Positions 35,199 through 46,147 of a stretch of 64,000 nt of DNA are shown in pieces; position 1 is the first letter of the stretch; every line of letters starts with the position of its first letter. The notes below the pieces were generated by a model. It did not search any database. It was given only the letters and a program-made list of their open reading frames with translations, and was not told the DNA's origin. The DNA is taken from the NCBI GenBank assembly GCA_040386535.1, contig JAZKFH010000005.1:222298-286297 (forward strand), read 5' to 3'. The position numbers and the translations under genes were made by a program. The stretch comes from Myxococcota bacterium (GTDB lineage: Bacteria; Myxococcota_A; UBA796; SXON01).

Positions 35199-35333
35199 GA
35201 CCTCGAACTCCCAAACGGGAGGTGCGGCCGGGGTCGCGCCCACAAGTAGGCACGGCGCCGGGCCACGGCAACTCCGAGATCGCTGTCTTCGAGCGCCGCT
35301 CTGCAGACCCCCGCTGCGAGCCTCTACGAAGGC

Positions 35334-36383
35334 CTATTCGGCGTTGGGCGTGGTGACCGCGCGCAGCCCCACCTGCACGTCACGCGCGGCGTCGACCACG
35401 ACGCCGGTGGCGACGGAGGGCTCGGCGCGCACGACGACCACGCGGCCGACCACACGTTCGGGGAGCCGCGGGTCTTCCTTGTCGTCGGAGTGCTGGCCGT
35501 CCCGGCGCTCCACGAGGAACAGGGAGGTGCCGACATCCACGCCGTCGTTGGTGCCACGATCCAGGAACACCGTCTCGCCGGTCGAGGCGAGGCGCTGCTC
35601 CGTGGTGAGGCGCGCGATGATGGTGGCCTCCGCGTCCCCCTCGGGAGCCGTGATGTCGACCTCGAGCTCGACCGGGATGGGCGAGCCGACGAGGTCGCCG
35701 CGCTCGATCTCGGAGTAGCTGTCACGCACCACGGCGGTGACGATGTCGTCATCCACGCGCAGCACCTGGGTGACGCCCAACACGCGGTACACGTGCCCGA
35801 GGGGGCCGTCCTCGCCGCGCACCTTGCGGCCCTGGCGCCGGTAGATGGCCAGGAGGCTGCCGCACTCCACGTCGCCGGTGTCACTGAGGTCGAGGTAGAC
35901 GATCGAGCCCTCGCCGATCTCGATGCCGGGGATGTCGGAGCCGTACACGTCCCCGCGGATCTCGAGCAGATCGTCGTCTCCCAGCACGCCGGGCGCCGAG
36001 AGGGTCACGCCCGCGTAGGGGCGGTCGTACAGGGGCGGAAAATCACACGCCGCGGCGGCGGACTCCTCGACACGGGCGGGCGGCGTGTAGCCGTCGGCCA
36101 GGGTGCCGTTGTCGTTCACGCCGGCCGAGGGCGGGTTGAGCGCGTCTCCCAGGCGGAAGTACACGCGGTTGCCCGGGTAGATCCAGTGCGGGTTGGTGAT
36201 GTACTCGTTCACCGACCAGAGCTCGGGCCACACGTACGGGTCCCCGAGGAACCGGGTGGAGATGTCCCAGAGGGTGTCGCCATCCTGGATCAGGTAGAAG
36301 TCGGGCGTCCCCTCGCCCATGGCGACCATGCCCTCCTGGGCCGCCGCCGTCGCCATCACAAGGCTGAACCACCCGACCAGCAT
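35334..36383 (-). CDS. LysM peptidoglycan-binding protein (TsaP-like)
   Basis: YLIQDGDTLWDISTRFLGDPYVWPELW...NPHWIYPG; conserved position upstream of dprA. Confidence 0.88.
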   Translation of the reverse strand: MLVGWFSLVMATAAAQEGMVAMGEGTPDFYLIQDGDTLWDISTRFLGDPYVWPELWSVNEYITNPHWIYPGNRVYFRLGDALNPPSAGVNDNGTLADGYTPPARVEESAAAACDFPPLYDRPYAGVTLSAPGVLGDDDLLEIRGDVYGSDIPGIEIGEGSIVYLDLSDTGDVECGSLLAIYRRQGRKVRGEDGPLGHVYRVLGVTQVLRVDDDIVTAVVRDSYSEIERGDLVGSPIPVELEVDITAPEGDAEATIIARLTTEQRLASTGETVFLDRGTNDGVDVGTSLFLVERRDGQHSDDKEDPRLPERVVGRVVVVRAEPSVATGVVVDAARDVQVGLRAVTTPNAE

Positions 36384-36465
36384 CCGCGCTCCACAGCGCC
36401 ACGAGGATCCGCCGCGCGGGCTCCCCTGTCAAGCCCCCGGTGGGGTCCCCCCGGAGCAACGCCGA

Positions 36466-37161
36466 TCAAGGCGCCCGCGTCACCGTGGCCTTGGCGGCGC
36501 CGGCCTTGCTCGACACGGCGGGCAACGCGGCTGTCGCTGTCTCCTTGCTGGAGTACCCACCGATGCGAACCCGCGAGACCGTCGCGCCGTCCACCAGGGC
36601 CACCACCTTGTAGGCGGCGAGCCCCGCGGCCTGAAGCGTCTCCACCTGGCGAATAGCGTCCGGCTCGGCGAGGTGTTCGCCGACCTGGATGGCCCAGCCG
36701 CCCGCCGGGATGTCCCCCAAGGACGGCGCTGTCACCGCGGCACCTCCAGCCAGCGACGCGGAACCCGGGCGCGCTTCCGCGGGGAACGGGTTCACCGGCG
36801 GCGGCGCGACCGCGGGCGGCGCCGCGACCTCCCCTTCCGCGAGCGGGGGCGGGGCGACCGGCACCGGCTCGGCGCGCGGCAGCTCGGCCGGAAAGCCCAG
36901 CGGCGTCTCCCCGACCGTGGCCTGCTCCACCCGCCCCAGGAGCACCTCGAGATCACCATCCGCTACCTCTTCCCGCACGAAGCGCGCGACCGCGGGCGCG
37001 GGCGGCGCCACGACCTGGCCGCGACCCGTCTGGAAGCCCACGAAGAACGACAGCACCGCGAGCGCGAGCGACAACGCCCCGAGCGCGTAGAGGTGGTTGC
37101 GCGTCAGGGGCAGCTGGTTGGGGCCCGCCGGGTTGGGCCCCGCGGGGCGGGTATGTTCCAT
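36466..37161 (-). CDS. SPOR domain membrane protein
   Basis: N-terminal TM helix, Pro-rich linker, and C-terminal WAIQVG...RVRIGGYSSKETA. Confidence 0.85.
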   Translation of the reverse strand: MEHTRPAGPNPAGPNQLPLTRNHLYALGALSLALAVLSFFVGFQTGRGQVVAPPAPAVARFVREEVADGDLEVLLGRVEQATVGETPLGFPAELPRAEPVPVAPPPLAEGEVAAPPAVAPPPVNPFPAEARPGSASLAGGAAVTAPSLGDIPAGGWAIQVGEHLAEPDAIRQVETLQAAGLAAYKVVALVDGATVSRVRIGGYSSKETATAALPAVSSKAGAAKATVTRAP

Positions 37162-37200
37162 GGCCCCGATGCTATCCCGAACGGGCCCGCTCTGGACGGG

Positions 37201-37548
37201 TCAAGAGCCTGCGCCGGGATCGACGTGCCCGTTCATCGTGAGGATCCGGACATTCACGTCGGTGACGTGCGCCTCGAGCGTGGCCTCGGCGTCCGCCCGG
37301 ATGGTGTCCAACCGGGAGCGCAGCTGGCGCGCGTCGTTCCCGACCACCGTGATCGCGACCACGGCGGCCTCGTGCGCCTCGAGGTGCCCCACCTCGGCGA
37401 ACGCCGCGTGATGCCGCACCTGGACGCGGTCACGCAGCGAGGAGACCACCCGACGCCGATCCTTGAGGGACCGGCTGCCGGGGATGCGCAGCACCATGCG
37501 GAGGAGGCCCACGAACAGGGCCTCGTCTGGCGCGGGCAGGTACAACAC
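37201..37548 (-). CDS. ylxP: DUF503 (YlxP) family protein
   Basis: FVGLLRMVLRIPGSRSLKDRRRVV; position directly after infB. Start codon uncertain. Confidence 0.85.
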   Translation of the reverse strand: MLYLPAPDEALFVGLLRMVLRIPGSRSLKDRRRVVSSLRDRVQVRHHAAFAEVGHLEAHEAAVVAITVVGNDARQLRSRLDTIRADAEATLEAHVTDVNVRILTMNGHVDPGAGS

Positions 37549-40431
37549 CTACTCGGGGCGAGCGACCTGGACCCGGTGGTACAGGACGATCTTGTCGCCT
37601 TCCTGGATGTCGTTGGCGCCGTCGATGCCGATACCGCACTCGAAGCCCTTCTCGACCTCGCGCACGTCTTCCTTGAAGCGCTTGAGGCTCGTGACCTTGC
37701 CCTCGGCGATCTGCTTGCCGGCGCGGAAGACCTTGGCCGCGGCGGCGCGGTTGACCTTGCCGTCCATGACCATGCAGCCCGCGATGAACCCGAGCTTGGG
37801 GATCTTGAAGAGCGCGCGGACTTCGGCTTCGCCGACCTTCTGCTCTTCGTAGATCGGGGCCAGCAGGCCCTGCATACGCGCCTTGACCTCGTCCAGGACG
37901 TTGTAGATGATCTCGAACTTCTTGATCTCTACGCCGTACTGGTCGGCTGCCTGGCGGGCCTTCGCGTCGGACTTCACGTCGAACGCGATGATCAGGGCCT
38001 GATCGGGCGCGGCGAGGTTCACGTCCGACTCGTTGACCGGGCCGATCGCCGAGTGGAGGATCTTAAGCGTCGTGCCCGCGACGACCAGCCCTTCGAGGGC
38101 ACCGCGAAGCGCCTCGAGGGAGCCGCTCACGTCGGCCTTGAGGACGATCTTCATGACCTCCGGGGCCTCGCCGCCGTTCTTGTAGAGGTCCTCGAGGGTC
38201 ATCTTGGCGCGCTGGTTGTGCGCACCGGCGCTCTTGATCGCGGACCGGTGGTCCACGAGGGCGCGCGCGTCCTTCTCGGACTCGACGACCGCGAACTCGT
38301 CGCCCGCGTTCGGCACGTCCTGCAGGCCAAAGATCTCGACCGGCGTGGAGGGACCCGCTTCCTTGAGCTTCTGACCGCGATCGTCCGACATGGCGCGCAC
38401 GCGGCCCCAGGTCGAGCCGATGACGATGGTGTCGCCCTGCTTGAGGGTACCGGTCTGGACGAGCAACGAGGCCACGGCACCGCGGCCGACCTCGAGACGG
38501 GACTCGATGACCACACCTTCGGCGTGACGATCCGGGTTGGCGCGGAGGTCCGCGACTTCGGCGACGACGAGGATGTTGTCGAGCAGGTCGTTGACGCCCG
38601 TGCCCTTGAGGGCCGACACCGGCACGAAGATGACATCGCCACCGTACTCTTCGGAGACGAGCCCGTGCTCCATGAGCTGACGGGTGACGCGCTCGGGCTG
38701 GACGCCCGGCTTGTCCATCTTGTTGACCGCGACCAGGATCGGAACACCCGCCGCCTTGGCGTGGTTGATGGCCTCGATGGTCTGGGGCATCACGCCGTCG
38801 TCGGCGGCGACGACGAGGATGATGATGTCCGTCGCCTTGGCGCCGCGGGCACGCATCGCGCTGAACGCGGCGTGGCCCGGGGTGTCGATGAAGGTGATCG
38901 GGCTGTCGCCACGCTTCACCGTGTACGCGCCGATGTGCTGGGTGATGCCACCGGCCTCGCCTGCGGCCACCTTCGCCTTGCGGATGGTGTCGAGCAGGGT
39001 GGTCTTGCCGTGGTCGACGTGGCCCATGATGGTCACGACCGGCGCGCGGGTGGGGAGGTCGGAGCCCTCCTCTTCCACGTCGTACAGATGCTCCGCCTCG
39101 TCGAACGCGACGTTGACGACCTCGTGGCCGAGCTCCGACGCGAGCAGCGAGGCGGTGTCGAAGTCGATCGTCTGGTTGACGGTGGCGGGCTGGCCCATCG
39201 ACATGAGCAGCTTGATGAGCTCCGCGGCCTTCACGCCCATCTCGTGGGCGAGGTTCGCGACGGTGATCTCGCCCTCGATCCGGACGCGATGCTTGACGGT
39301 CTGCACCGGGCGGACCGCGCGCATGTCTTTGCCGCCGCGGCCCTTCGGCTTGCGGGAGCGGGAGTCGGGAGCGGGCACATGCTCGCTGCGGCGGGCGTTC
39401 GGGCCCTTCTTCGGACGGCGATCGTCCGAGGCGGGCGCGGGAGCGCCGGCATCGACGCGACCGGGACCAGGGGCGCCCGGACGGCGATCGGCGCCAGGGC
39501 CCCAGCGCGTGGTCTGCGAAGCCTGCTCACGAGCGCGGCGACGCGCGCCGGTCGGATCGGTCGGGTCGTAGCCCGCGGGCAACGAGACGACCGCGCGGCC
39601 GAGCCCGGGGAGGATCGGCGTGTCGTTCAGGCGAGCCGGTGCCGCGCGGGCACCCGCCGGCGCCATGGACGGCAACCGGCCGTAGCCACCCGGCCGGTCG
39701 ATGATGACGGCGCGCTCGAGCGTGGGCTCGGCACGGGGAGGCGGCGGGGGCGGCGCGGCTTCGACCGGGGCCTCGACGGCGGCCACGTGTTCCGCCGGAG
39801 CGGACACGGACTCGGCGGCGGGCTCGCGGTGAGCGGGCTGTTCGGCCGGTGCGTCGGCATGAGCGACGGCCTGGACCGGCGCGTGCTCCACCGCGGGGGC
39901 CGACACCGGCGCCGCGGATTCCACCGCCGGAGACTCCGGTGCGGCGGACACGGGCGCGGACGCTGCCTCGGGCGGGGCCGCCTCGACCGGAGCGGCCGCG
40001 ATCGGCGCCGCGGCGACAGGGGCCGCAAGCGGGGCGCGGTTCGGCAGGGGCACCGGGGTGCCGCGGGGCGGCAGGCCGCTCGGGGCGGACGGACGCGCCA
40101 CCGAAGCCTGCTGCGCCGGAGCGGGCGCAGTCACCTGCGGACGCGGCGAGATCTGCTGAGGATGCTGCTGCTGTTGCACAGGGGCCTGCGCACGAGCGGG
40201 AGGCTCGACATGAGCCGGCCCGGGACGACGAATGACCGTGCGCGCGGGCGGAGGCGGCGGCTCGGGGGTGGTCGGCGCACGTCGGCGCACGACACCATCC
40301 CCCACGCGCTTCGTCTCGTTCGCCTTCGGGTCCGTGGCCTTCTGCGGCTGCTGCTCCGGGGCACGCGGCTGCGCCGGCTTCGCGCCGGGGCCCGTTCTCT
40401 CGAGGCGATCCATCAGATCTTTCGTCGACAT
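37549..40431 (-). CDS. infB: Translation initiation factor IF-2
   Basis: [58 protein letters not shown]. Confidence 0.99.
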   Translation of the reverse strand: MSTKDLMDRLERTGPGAKPAQPRAPEQQPQKATDPKANETKRVGDGVVRRRAPTTPEPPPPPARTVIRRPGPAHVEPPARAQAPVQQQQHPQQISPRPQVTAPAPAQQASVARPSAPSGLPPRGTPVPLPNRAPLAAPVAAAPIAAAPVEAAPPEAASAPVSAAPESPAVESAAPVSAPAVEHAPVQAVAHADAPAEQPAHREPAAESVSAPAEHVAAVEAPVEAAPPPPPPRAEPTLERAVIIDRPGGYGRLPSMAPAGARAAPARLNDTPILPGLGRAVVSLPAGYDPTDPTGARRRAREQASQTTRWGPGADRRPGAPGPGRVDAGAPAPASDDRRPKKGPNARRSEHVPAPDSRSRKPKGRGGKDMRAVRPVQTVKHRVRIEGEITVANLAHEMGVKAAELIKLLMSMGQPATVNQTIDFDTASLLASELGHEVVNVAFDEAEHLYDVEEEGSDLPTRAPVVTIMGHVDHGKTTLLDTIRKAKVAAGEAGGITQHIGAYTVKRGDSPITFIDTPGHAAFSAMRARGAKATDIIILVVAADDGVMPQTIEAINHAKAAGVPILVAVNKMDKPGVQPERVTRQLMEHGLVSEEYGGDVIFVPVSALKGTGVNDLLDNILVVAEVADLRANPDRHAEGVVIESRLEVGRGAVASLLVQTGTLKQGDTIVIGSTWGRVRAMSDDRGQKLKEAGPSTPVEIFGLQDVPNAGDEFAVVESEKDARALVDHRSAIKSAGAHNQRAKMTLEDLYKNGGEAPEVMKIVLKADVSGSLEALRGALEGLVVAGTTLKILHSAIGPVNESDVNLAAPDQALIIAFDVKSDAKARQAADQYGVEIKKFEIIYNVLDEVKARMQGLLAPIYEEQKVGEAEVRALFKIPKLGFIAGCMVMDGKVNRAAAAKVFRAGKQIAEGKVTSLKRFKEDVREVEKGFECGIGIDGANDIQEGDKIVLYHRVQVARPE

Positions 40432-40593
40432 TCAGTACCTTGTAGGAACGGGCTCGCAACCCGCAGAGGATACGCACGCATCCCGTTTTGACCGGAGAAT
40501 CCTGGTCGGAGAGAAGCTCCGACCGCCGCTGCGGGGCGCGCGCGCCGCCTCGCTCGAAGGGTTCCGACCCGCAGCCGGCCCCCGCCGGGGCCA

Positions 40594-41193
40594 CTAACGC
40601 AAGTCCTGCATCCTCCGCAACTGTTCGGCGAGTGCCCGCGTGACCACGGCCACCCGCAAAGCCACGATCGCGCGAGGACCCTTGCCGATCCGATGCCCGA
40701 GGGCTTCTCGATCCCAGGGGAGTGTCCAGACCGTCAGGTCCCGATCTCCACGCGCCGCATCGATGCTGGTCTGCGCGGCATCGCTCGCCACGGCGAGGCC
40801 GAGGGCATCCCCGGCGCGGACGGCCGAGGTGGCCTGGTCGCCGCCGCTCGCGAGCGCACCCGAGCGCGCCGACAAGGAGAGCAGCTCTCCGACGGTGCGT
40901 TCGTTCGCCGCGCGGACGCGGTCGAGCAGGCCCGCCGTGTTGCAGGTCTCGACGTGAAGCATGCGCGCGAGGAGGCCCGGCTTCGCTTCCGCCGTGGCGA
41001 TCACGTCCCGACGGGGCAGCAGCCAGGCGCCGCGCCCGCCGAGGCGGGCGCGATAATCGACCTCGACCGTGCCGTCAGGCCCGAGGACCACCCGCACGAG
41101 CGCGTCCGGCGGACCCGACTCGCGGGTCACGACGCACGTGCGAACCGGTCCCTCCCCCGGGGGCGGGGGGGGACGTTTAGACTTCGTCCGCAC
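40594..41193 (-). CDS. ylxR: YlxR/DUF448 domain fused to an L7Ae-like (YlxQ) domain
   Basis: PVRTCVVTR...LVRVV...GRGAW followed by LLSLSARSGALASG...VASDAA...LGHRIGK. Confidence 0.85.
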   Translation of the reverse strand: MRTKSKRPPPPPGEGPVRTCVVTRESGPPDALVRVVLGPDGTVEVDYRARLGGRGAWLLPRRDVIATAEAKPGLLARMLHVETCNTAGLLDRVRAANERTVGELLSLSARSGALASGGDQATSAVRAGDALGLAVASDAAQTSIDAARGDRDLTVWTLPWDREALGHRIGKGPRAIVALRVAVVTRALAEQLRRMQDLR

Positions 41194-42478
41194 TCGGGGG
41201 CAGCTCCGCCGCGGCTTTGCGCCGATCGGCTTCCTCGAGGATCAGGGACTCGAGCGCGCGCTCGCCCGCCGCGATGACGGTGTCGGCTTCGGCGTCCTCG
41301 AGACCGAGGATGCCGGCGAGCTCGTAGGGCTCGGCGTCCGCCACCTCACGGCAGCTCCGGAAGCCGTGACGGATGAGCGTCTCGACCTGCTCGGGGGTGA
41401 GGGCGTCTACACGGGCGAGCTCTTCGCGGGCCTGGTCGTTCATCTCCGAGTGCTTGGAGTCACTGAAGATGTCGATCCGCCAGCCGGTCAGCTGGGCGGC
41501 GAGGCGCACGTTCTGCCCGCGGCGGCCGATGGCCTTGGAGAGCTGGTCGTCCGGGACGACGAGCTCCATCGCGTGCGCATGCTCGTCGATGTAGACGCGC
41601 GACACGCTCGCCGGGGCGATGGCGTGCACGATGAAGCGCGCCGGATCGGGGTGGTAGGGGATGATGTCGATGGCTTCGCCACGGAGCTCACCCACGACCG
41701 CCTGGACGCGGCTGCCCTTCATGCCGACACACGCGCCGACGGGATCCACGTCCCCGTCGACCGAGCTGACCGCGATCTTCGCGCGGAAGCCGGGCTCGCG
41801 GGCGCACGCCTCGATGCGGACGATGCCTTCCGCCACCTCCGGGACCTCGAGCTCGAAGAGCTTCATGAGGAGCCCGGGATGCGTGCGGGAGAGCACGACC
41901 TGGGGGGTCTTCGTGGCGCGCGTGATGTCGACCACGTAGGCCTGGATGCGGTCACCCTGGCGGTACGTCTCGGTGGCCACCTGCTCGCGCTTGGGCAGCA
42001 TCGCCTCGGCGCGGCCGAGGTCGACGATGATGTTGCCCTTCTCGAAGCGCCGGACGATGCCCGTGATGATCTCGCCCTTCCGGTCCTTGAACTCGGAGAA
42101 CGTCATCTCGCGCTCGGCGTCGCGGATCTTCTGGATGATCACCTGCTTCGCCGTCTGTGCGGCGATGCGGCCCAGACCCTCGATGTCGAGCTTGATGCCG
42201 AGGCTGTCGCCGATCTCGCACTCGGGGTCGAGCTTGCGCGCGCCCGCGAGATCGATCTCGATGTCGTCGTCCTCGACCTCCTCGGAGACCGTGCGGAATT
42301 CGAAGAGCTCGACTTCACCGAGCTCGTCGTTCCATTGGGCCTCGAAGTCCTTCTGCATGCCGTACTTCTTGCGGCCGGCCGCCACCATCGCCTGCTCGAG
42401 GACCTCGATGAGGGAGTCCCGGGGGATGTTCTTCTCGCGGGCGACCGCTTCGAGGTCGCGTGCAAGTTCGCTGATCAT
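41177..42478 (-). CDS. nusA: Transcription termination/antitermination factor NusA
   Basis: [50 protein letters not shown]. Confidence 0.99.
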   Translation of the reverse strand: MISELARDLEAVAREKNIPRDSLIEVLEQAMVAAGRKKYGMQKDFEAQWNDELGEVELFEFRTVSEEVEDDDIEIDLAGARKLDPECEIGDSLGIKLDIEGLGRIAAQTAKQVIIQKIRDAEREMTFSEFKDRKGEIITGIVRRFEKGNIIVDLGRAEAMLPKREQVATETYRQGDRIQAYVVDITRATKTPQVVLSRTHPGLLMKLFELEVPEVAEGIVRIEACAREPGFRAKIAVSSVDGDVDPVGACVGMKGSRVQAVVGELRGEAIDIIPYHPDPARFIVHAIAPASVSRVYIDEHAHAMELVVPDDQLSKAIGRRGQNVRLAAQLTGWRIDIFSDSKHSEMNDQAREELARVDALTPEQVETLIRHGFRSCREVADAEPYELAGILGLEDAEADTVIAAGERALESLILEEADRRKAAAELPPSADEV

Positions 42479-43011
42479 GGCGTTTCTCCTTCGGCATTTG
42501 CAGAAGACACGGGATGCAGGCCCTGCCCGAGGCGGGCGAACTGTTCCAAATCGAGGACGAGGTTGGCGCGCTCGATGTCGGACAGCGGGATGATCCGCTC
42601 GCCCTCGTCATCGACGTGCACCCGCACCTGACCGTCCGCGGCGCCGAGCAGGCGCACCTTCAGACGGCGGCGACCATCCATCCCGTACAGCTTGATGCGC
42701 GCCTCGCACCCCGCGAAGTACGCAAAGTCCTTCTCGCGCTGGAGCGGGCGCTCCATGCCGGGGGTCGACACCTCGAGGTCGTACGCGCTGGCGATGAGAT
42801 CCTCGGCGTCGAGCGCGGGCGAGAGCCCCCGCGACACCTTCGCGCAGTCCGCGATCGAGGCGCCGCCGACCTTGTCGAGCGAGACCCGGAGCACGCGCTT
42901 TCCGTTCGGACCGCCGACGAGCTCGATCGCCACGAGATCGCAGCCCTGGCGCTCGGCCACGGGCTCGGCCAGCGCGCGAAGCGAGTCGATGAGCGAACGG
43001 ATGTGGGTCAT
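42475..43011 (-). CDS. rimP: Ribosome maturation factor RimP
   Basis: LRVSLDK..G..IADCAKVSR, YDLEVSTPGMERPL. Confidence 0.96.
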   Translation of the reverse strand: MTHIRSLIDSLRALAEPVAERQGCDLVAIELVGGPNGKRVLRVSLDKVGGASIADCAKVSRGLSPALDAEDLIASAYDLEVSTPGMERPLQREKDFAYFAGCEARIKLYGMDGRRRLKVRLLGAADGQVRVHVDDEGERIIPLSDIERANLVLDLEQFARLGQGLHPVSSANAEGETP

Positions 43012-43082
43012 GGCGGTGCGGAGCCCAGAGGGAACGAAGCCCGGAGAGGGGTGCACGAACCTTCAGGGAGGGGTCGTGGCCC

Positions 43083-43111
43083 AAAAAAAAGAGCGCCCGG
43101 GGGGACGCTCC
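43083..43111 (-). promoter_or_regulatory. rimP leader hairpin/attenuator
   Basis: Minus strand GGAGCGTCCCCCCGGGCGCTCTTTTTTTT: a hairpin plus U8 about 70 nt upstream of rimP. Confidence 0.7.
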
Positions 43112-43242
43112 ATGGAACGGAGGTTTGGGACGCTGTGGATAATCGTCCGGCGGCCCCGGCGCAAGCGGGCTGACCGTCCGTGACGCACCTGCGGCACGAC
43201 GCGGGACGTCCGGAACGCTCCCCCCTCCCCGTCGGAAGGCGG

Positions 43243-44121
43243 CTACTTCGCCAGCAGAGCCTTGGCTTCTTTCGCTGCCTTGCTCTTCGGAAAACGCTGC
43301 ACGACGTCGGACCAGAAGAGCCTGGCGTTCTCCTTGTCGCCCAGCGCGGCAAAACACTCGCCGACCCGGAGGACGGACCACGACGCCCACGTGCTCTGCG
43401 CGTACTTGTCGGACACGAGCTGGAACGCGGCGGCCGCGGTCTTGTAGTCGGCCTCGTTCTGCCACGACTCGGCGATGCGGTAGTACGCCTCGGCCACCCG
43501 ATCGCTCTTGGGGTTGTCCTGGATGAAACGTTTGGCGATGGCCCGCGCCACGCCGCCGTTCCCCTCCTCCAGGTTCTTCCCGATGAGCGAGAACAGCTCC
43601 TCGGGCGTGGCCGAGACGGGCACGTCGACCTCGGGCGTCACCGCCGGGCCGACGACGGCGGGGTCGGTCGGTGCCGCGGGGTCCGGCGTCGTGATCGCGC
43701 CGGTGGAAGGGTCCCGCGTGGGCGGCGCCGGCGCCTTGACGCCCAGGGACTTCTCGAGCTGGCCGACACGGCTCTCCACGTAGGACATGCGGTAGTCGGA
43801 GTCCTGCTGGAAGCCGACGCCCGCCTGCTCGTAGGTGCCGTAGTCGTGCTGGAGCACCTCGAAGTCCCCCCGGATGCGGGCGACCTCCTGACGGAGCTGC
43901 TCCATCGTCTCCATCTTGAGGATCTCCTCCTGCCCGCGCGCCCGCGTGACCTCCTCCATCTGGCCGACACGCCGCGACATGTCTTCGGACACGACCTCGA
44001 GCTCCCGCACGCGCCGGCCGTGGTCGGCGAGCTCGCGGTGCATCTGGTCGGTCGCGGACTGGCCCGTGCGGTCGATGACGCAGGCGAGCAGCCCAGAGAG
44101 GAGGAAGGGGGCGAGGATCAC
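43243..44121 (-). CDS. cpoB: Tol-Pal associated CpoB/YbgF-like lipoprotein (coiled coil + TPR)
   Basis: GLLAC lipobox, coiled coil, AEAYYRIAES and VVQRFPKSKAAKEAK; follows a pal-like gene. Confidence 0.8.
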   Translation of the reverse strand: MILAPFLLSGLLACVIDRTGQSATDQMHRELADHGRRVRELEVVSEDMSRRVGQMEEVTRARGQEEILKMETMEQLRQEVARIRGDFEVLQHDYGTYEQAGVGFQQDSDYRMSYVESRVGQLEKSLGVKAPAPPTRDPSTGAITTPDPAAPTDPAVVGPAVTPEVDVPVSATPEELFSLIGKNLEEGNGGVARAIAKRFIQDNPKSDRVAEAYYRIAESWQNEADYKTAAAAFQLVSDKYAQSTWASWSVLRVGECFAALGDKENARLFWSDVVQRFPKSKAAKEAKALLAK

Positions 44122-44123
44122 GG

Positions 44124-44837
44124 CTACTCCCGGACGAGGATCTCGGCGCGGCGATTGGCGGCGTCCGCCGCGGCGCCCCCGGAGCGGTCGACCGGGCGCT
44201 CCTCGCCGTAGGACACGGTGCGCAGGCGCGCCGGCGAGACGCCGAGGCCCACGAGGTAGCGCTGCACGGCGTCCGCGCGGCGCTGCCCGAGGGCGATGTT
44301 GTAATCGGTGGTGCCCTGCTCGTCCGCGTGGCCCTCGATGCGCACCGTGGCGTTGCCCTGGCGCAGGCACGGGGCCAGCACGTCGAGCTCCGAGCGGGTG
44401 CCCGCGGCGAGCACTGAGCTGTCGAAGTCGAACCGCACCGTCGTGGACGCACAACCCGCCGTGGAGGGCGCACCTTCCGTGAGGGTGAGGCCCTTGCGGA
44501 GCGTGGCCTTCGTGCCGTCGGGGTTGGTCACCACGACGTCGTACGCCCCCATCGGCATCGCGGGGACACTGACGCGAAGCGAGTTCTCGTCCCCGAAGCG
44601 CACGTTCGTGGCGGCCGCCCCGTTGAAGGTCACGCGGGCTCCCTCTTCGAAGCCGCTCCCGAAGACCTCCGCGTCCAGCGCGCGATCGGCGGGGGCCAGG
44701 TCGGGATCGATGGCCGCGACCTGGAGTCGCACGGTCGGCGGGTTCAGATCTCCCCCCCCGTCGGTCTCGTCCAGGGGCTTCTTCGGCGGGCAGCCGACGG
44801 CCAACAAGGGAAGGAGGAGGATCGAGGCGAGTCGCAC
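44124..44837 (-). CDS. Pal/OmpA-family lipoprotein with an IPT/TIG domain
   Basis: LAVGC lipobox; GSGFEEGARVTF...YDVVVTNPDG (IPT/TIG); VRFDFDSS, IEGHADEQGTTDYNIALGQRRA, VSYGEERP, NRRAE. Confidence 0.88.
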   Translation of the reverse strand: MRLASILLLPLLAVGCPPKKPLDETDGGGDLNPPTVRLQVAAIDPDLAPADRALDAEVFGSGFEEGARVTFNGAAATNVRFGDENSLRVSVPAMPMGAYDVVVTNPDGTKATLRKGLTLTEGAPSTAGCASTTVRFDFDSSVLAAGTRSELDVLAPCLRQGNATVRIEGHADEQGTTDYNIALGQRRADAVQRYLVGLGVSPARLRTVSYGEERPVDRSGGAAADAANRRAEILVRE

Positions 44838-44957
44838 ACTCGGCCGGCAGCTACGGTGGCCAGGAAACATGGGCTCCCCGAGCGGCGCTCCTTAGGGCCT
44901 CGCCGGGTGTCTGTCAACGTGTGCCCGGTGCTCGACGAGGCAGGCTATGGCGCCGCC

Positions 44958-46139
44958 GTGCCCAGGCCACCCCCCTTTCTCGTCGCGCTGGCGGTCTCCT
45001 TCGCCGGTGCGATGGCGGTGCTGGCGCTCGGAGATCCGCGCGAGCACGCGATCGCGTTCGTGGCGATCGTGCTCGCCTGGGGCGCGGCGGCGGCGCTCCT
45101 CGCGCCCGATCTGCCCGGCCCCGCGCGGGTGGCCCTCGCGGCCGTGCTGGTGCGGCTGCCCCTCTTCGCGGTCGCGCCGACGCTCTCCGACGACGTCTGG
45201 CGCTACGTGTGGGAGGGGCAGGTGTGGCGGGCCGGTGAGAACCCCTTCGTGCACGCCCCCGACGCGCCCGCCTTGGTGCACCTGCGCGACGCGGTGTGGG
45301 CCAACGTGAACCACCGGCAGGTCCCGAGCATCTACCCTCCGTTCGCGCAGCTCCTCTTCGTCGCGCTCGCGGGAGGCGGCGTGCTCGCGTGGCGGCTCGT
45401 CTCGGCGGCGTGTGACGTCGGGACCGCGTGGGTGCTCGCGCGGGCGCGACCGCGCGCAGGATGGCTCTGGGCCCTGCTCCCCCTCCCCGCGATCGAGAGC
45501 GCCGTCAGCGGCCACCTCGAGGGGATCGGCGTGCTCTTCCTGGTGCTCGCCATCGCCACGCGGCGCGGCGCCTGGGCGTGGATCGGGGCGATGGTGAAGC
45601 TGTTGCCGGGGGTGCTCCTCGTGCTCGAGCGGCCCCGCGCGTGGCTGGGATGGGCGGCCCTGACCGTGCTCGTGGCGCTCCCGTTCGTGCGCGCCGAGGG
45701 CTTCGAGACCTACCGCGCCTCGTGGGCGTTCAACGGGTCGGTGTTCCCGCTCGCCGAGCTCGCCTTCGGGCCGGTCGCGCGCCCCGCCCTGCAGCTCGTC
45801 GGGGTGGCGGTCGTCGCGGGGATCCTGCTGCGGAGCCGGGATCCGGCGCGGGTGGCGCTCTGGGCCACGGGGGCGTTCGTGGTGCTCTCGCCCACCGTGC
45901 ACCCCTGGTACGTCCTCTGGCCGCTCGCCGCCGCGCTCCTCAACGGATCACGCGCGTGGGTGGTGCTCGCCGTGACGGTGCCGGGCTCCTACATCGTGCT
46001 GTCCACCTACGATGCGACGACCTCGACGTGGACGGAGTGGGCCGCCACGCGGATCGTCGTATACGCGCCCTTCTACGGGGCGCTGATCGAGGAGGCGTGG
46101 GGCCGGCTCGTGCGCGCCGGGCCCGCGACGGCCGCATAG
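44958..46139 (+). CDS. GT-C fold membrane glycosyltransferase (GT87-like)
   Basis: PTLSDDVWRYVWEG, SIYPPFAQ, GHLE and SPTVHPWY; multiple TM helices. Confidence 0.8.
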   Translation: MPRPPPFLVALAVSFAGAMAVLALGDPREHAIAFVAIVLAWGAAAALLAPDLPGPARVALAAVLVRLPLFAVAPTLSDDVWRYVWEGQVWRAGENPFVHAPDAPALVHLRDAVWANVNHRQVPSIYPPFAQLLFVALAGGGVLAWRLVSAACDVGTAWVLARARPRAGWLWALLPLPAIESAVSGHLEGIGVLFLVLAIATRRGAWAWIGAMVKLLPGVLLVLERPRAWLGWAALTVLVALPFVRAEGFETYRASWAFNGSVFPLAELAFGPVARPALQLVGVAVVAGILLRSRDPARVALWATGAFVVLSPTVHPWYVLWPLAAALLNGSRAWVVLAVTVPGSYIVLSTYDATTSTWTEWAATRIVVYAPFYGALIEEAWGRLVRAGPATAA

Positions 46140-46147
46140 GAGCCCAC

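Noticed and set aside
39500..40400. Pro/Ala-rich low-complexity stretch
   Set aside because: It is the variable N-terminal region of IF-2, common in high-GC bacteria.
36319..40491. 1390-aa plus-strand ORF
   Set aside because: Antisense shadow of infB/DUF503/SPOR caused by high-GC codon bias; no motifs.
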